Assembly: GCA_001796315.1 (NCBI GenBank)
Contig: MGME01000004.1
Span: forward strand, 3,795-67,794
Direction: 5' to 3'
Origin: Chlamydiae bacterium RIFCSPLOWO2_12_FULL_49_12
Lineage (GTDB): Bacteria > Chlamydiota > Chlamydiia > Chlamydiales > Rhabdochlamydiaceae
DNA: 64,000 nt
Shown in pieces: positions 61,184 through 64,000 of this stretch (positions are counted from its first letter, which is position 1; the number at the start of each line of letters is the position of its first letter). Position numbers and translations under genes: made by a program. The notes beneath the pieces were generated by a model. It was not told the DNA's origin and did not search any database. It saw only the letters and a list, made by a program, of their open reading frames with translations.

Positions 61184-63946
61184 TTAGTGTAAAGCTGCTT
61201 TACTCTGTTCAATTCCTTCTCGAAGAAAAGGAGTGAGAGAAGAAGAGTCATTTAAAAGAGCCTCCAATTGTGTTTCAGCTTGTGAAAGCAGTTGAGATGC
61301 GCGCTCTTCTTCCCCGCCTCTTCTTGCCTCTTCTGCTTGCAAACGTGCAATCTCGGCATCGACAAAAGTCATGTAGATTTGATAGAGCTTTTCTTGTTCA
61401 GGAAATTTCTCTCGGTCAGTGGCGTATTCCTGGCCGATAGAGTCGTCCGCAGAAGCAAAATCTTCTTTAAAGCGTTTTAAGTAGAAGAGATGTTTGTCGA
61501 GCCTGCTTTCTTCAGGGGTGAGCGCTACCCTCACTTTTACATATTCCAGTGCAGCCTCGAGATGGATCGGTTCACAGGCGAGCTGTTTTTTGATCTGGAG
61601 GTCCTTCAGCTGGTTTAAAATCTCCTCCACTTCTGAAGAGTTTTCTTGGAGGCTTTCCGAGGGGAGCAGGGCGAACTGGAGGCGCGTCTTTTGGAGCAGG
61701 GCGGCGCTTGAGAGATAGGAGGGAGAATGGTTGGTCAAAAGGAGTTCGTAAAGCTCCAGCGCTTTCTTTGTGTCTTCTTGAATTTCATAGGCTTTTGCGA
61801 GCTCAAAGAGAGAGGTCTCTTGATATTTCCACTTAAGATCGGGATTTTCCTTCCTGAGTTCTGAGAGCCTTTCGAGAAGGGAAATTTTGATGGGAAGATC
61901 TTTTTTTAAAGAGAGAAGATCTGAATATTTCAAGGCTTCTCCTTCAATCACGAGGAGGTCTCTCTCTTTGGGAAAGGCGACGATGCCATTTTCCAAGCCT
62001 AAGATTTTTTCATAGGTGGCAAGGGAGCGTTTGAGAGGAAGAAAGTGTTCATCGAAAGCGTTCTTTACGCTCTCGCGTTCTTTTTTGACTTTGGAATAAT
62101 AGTAATTTGCCAGCCAAATCTGGTTGTCAAACTTTACAGATTCTTTAGCCCTCATGAAGGCAGAAAAGAGATGCTCTGCAGCCTGCTCCAGGAAGGAATC
62201 TTGCTTTTCTTCGTTTTGGGAAGAGAGGGTAAGATAAGAATTATAGAGTTGGAGATGAATGAGGGTAGCATCTTCTTGATTGGGGTTGCAAAGAAGAGCC
62301 TGCTCGAGATGAAAAGAGACTTTCACGAGATCCTGAGATGAGGCCTGGATGCAAAGAGCTCCCATCAGGTGAGCTTCTGCTGCGCGCAGAGAGCCGGAAA
62401 AGCGCAGCAAAAACGCCTCAAACTCTTGAAGCGCTTCTCCTGGACGGTTGAGGTCATAAAGAGTTTTAGCTAAATAAAAGCGCAACTCCTGCTCTTCTTC
62501 TTCTGTCAAAAGGCTCTCTTCTTGAAAGAACTTTTTAAGATCGGCAACCAAGCATTCTTTGTGGACAAGGCTCTCGGGAGAGCTTTTAAGAGCTTCCATG
62601 CTTGTGGTGATCAGATGACGGTAGGCAAAGACGCGCTTTTCACTCTGGGGATACTCTTCTAAAAAGATAAGGAGAATGTCGCGTGCGGCTTCCCATTTGT
62701 GATCGTCAACAAGCAGCAGGGCTACATCATAGACAAGCTTTTCCCGCTCCTCAAATTGATCAAAAAAGGAAAGGAGCTTCTTAAATTCCTCAACATTTAA
62801 GGTGAAAGATCCCTGTTCTTTTTGAGTTTGGGCATTTATGACAAAAGATTGGAGATAAGCCGGGTCTTTGGCAAAATGAGAGGCTAGCAAAGAAAGGGCT
62901 CGTTCCGAGAGGGATTGATCCGCAGTTTCCCTAGCGCAGAGGATGAGCGACAAGAGCGCAGTTTTGAGCTGGGAAGAGGGCTCCTTTTCATTTTGAACAA
63001 AGAGTTCAAGCGCAGCAATAGCCTGTTCGTAATTTTTTAAAAAACAGTTGCTGCTTCCCAAATAAAACCGGATGAGATGGAGTTCCTTGTCCGGAATCTT
63101 TGTCATCAAAGAGGGCGCTTCATTGGCAAGGGTTTGATACTCTTTGGCATCATAGAGGAGAGCGAGATAATTAAAAGCGGCAAGTCCTTCCTTTTCACCT
63201 TTTAGCCGCGTTACTTCTAAAAAGGTCTTTGCAGCCTCCTCCTTGTCATATTCTGCGAGCAGTGTGCCGATCTGGAAGAGGATCTCTTCTCTTTTGTCAT
63301 CGCGCTTTTTCAAAAGGTCCCGGTAATAAGAGACGGCTTGTGGATACTGCTTTTGCTCCCGAAGTCCTTCCGCTAGCGGAAGGAGGCAATAGTCTCGATA
63401 GGTTGTCTGAAGCAGGCGTTCAAAATGGGGAAAGGCTTCCTGAATTTTCCCTTGTCGAAAGAGGGCGTCGGCGTAGAGCAGAGCAATCTGAAGGGCGTCT
63501 TCCGACTCTTTATCCTTTTCGTTTAAAAGCCGTGGATGCGCCATCTTTTCCACCGCGGCGAATTGTTCGAGCTCAAAAAGGGCCTTGAGGTGTTTCAGAA
63601 AGGTCTTTTCTTTAAATTCTTCCCTTTCAATTTGTGAATAGGTCTTAATGGATTCATTGTAATTTTCTTCATTAAAGTAGAGATCGCCGAGCATGGCCAT
63701 TAAGTGATCTTTAAAGGCGCTGTTGGCATACTGGTTGAGAAAATCTATAATTTGCCTTTTTGCCAGGCGATAATCCTGATCCTTCCAGTATTCCACGATT
63801 CTCTTTAACAAGAGCGCTTCATGAGGAGAGCTGATCGTCTCCTCAGCAAGCCCTGTCGATGGCAAAAGTTGGAGTGAAAGACAGCACAGAGAAAGTGAAA
63901 GGGCTTTTCTTGTGTAAAACAGAAGTGGATCCATTGTTACCTCCAA
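61184..63946 (-). CDS. Large TPR-repeat protein with signal-like N-terminus
   Basis: N-terminus LSLSLCCLSLQLLPSTGLA, then many TPR-like helical pairs (e.g. MLGDLYFNEENYNESIKTYSQI, YPQAVSYYRDLLKK). Its stop lies 5 nt upstream of the vWA gene start. Confidence 0.7.
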   Translation of the reverse strand: MEVTMDPLLFYTRKALSLSLCCLSLQLLPSTGLAEETISSPHEALLLKRIVEYWKDQDYRLAKRQIIDFLNQYANSAFKDHLMAMLGDLYFNEENYNESIKTYSQIEREEFKEKTFLKHLKALFELEQFAAVEKMAHPRLLNEKDKESEDALQIALLYADALFRQGKIQEAFPHFERLLQTTYRDYCLLPLAEGLREQKQYPQAVSYYRDLLKKRDDKREEILFQIGTLLAEYDKEEAAKTFLEVTRLKGEKEGLAAFNYLALLYDAKEYQTLANEAPSLMTKIPDKELHLIRFYLGSSNCFLKNYEQAIAALELFVQNEKEPSSQLKTALLSLILCARETADQSLSERALSLLASHFAKDPAYLQSFVINAQTQKEQGSFTLNVEEFKKLLSFFDQFEEREKLVYDVALLLVDDHKWEAARDILLIFLEEYPQSEKRVFAYRHLITTSMEALKSSPESLVHKECLVADLKKFFQEESLLTEEEEQELRFYLAKTLYDLNRPGEALQEFEAFLLRFSGSLRAAEAHLMGALCIQASSQDLVKVSFHLEQALLCNPNQEDATLIHLQLYNSYLTLSSQNEEKQDSFLEQAAEHLFSAFMRAKESVKFDNQIWLANYYYSKVKKERESVKNAFDEHFLPLKRSLATYEKILGLENGIVAFPKERDLLVIEGEALKYSDLLSLKKDLPIKISLLERLSELRKENPDLKWKYQETSLFELAKAYEIQEDTKKALELYELLLTNHSPSYLSSAALLQKTRLQFALLPSESLQENSSEVEEILNQLKDLQIKKQLACEPIHLEAALEYVKVRVALTPEESRLDKHLFYLKRFKEDFASADDSIGQEYATDREKFPEQEKLYQIYMTFVDAEIARLQAEEARRGGEEERASQLLSQAETQLEALLNDSSSLTPFLREGIEQSKAALH

Positions 63947-64000
63947 AGTTGTCGAATGGGCATCTTAACATTAATACACCTTTGGGTTAAGGTTGTCAAA

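Overview
This looks like a chromosomal segment from a Chlamydia-like bacterium (phylum Chlamydiae). That is inferred from gene order typical of the group: thrS-parA-pGP6-D-like, uppS-cdsA-cmk-plsC, aspC-mreC, rpsT/rpoD and gspD-E-F-G, plus an outer membrane protein with a MOMP-like N-terminus. About 55 protein genes are mostly housekeeping: recC-recB-recD, rpoD, thrS, purA/purB, mutY, phospholipid and isoprenoid genes, and a type II secretion cluster. Accessory-looking genes include an AT-rich AAA+ ATPase, tandem TagF-like and GT2 glycosyltransferases, a Ser/Thr kinase, a MORN/YwqK-repeat protein and a vWA-TPR pair. There are three tRNAs: Ala-CGC, Ala-GGC and Leu-CAG. No rRNA, CRISPR array, transposase or prophage was seen. 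The standout feature is a dense set of long palindromic (hairpin) repeat elements, mostly 160-166 bp. They fall into at least five sequence families, with about 16 full or partial copies covering roughly 4% of the window. They sit at gene ends and often supply the last codons or the stop codon of the flanking gene. All coordinates and family assignments were made by eye from the sequence and ORF track. Repeat ends may be off by 1-3 nt, and start codons are best guesses.
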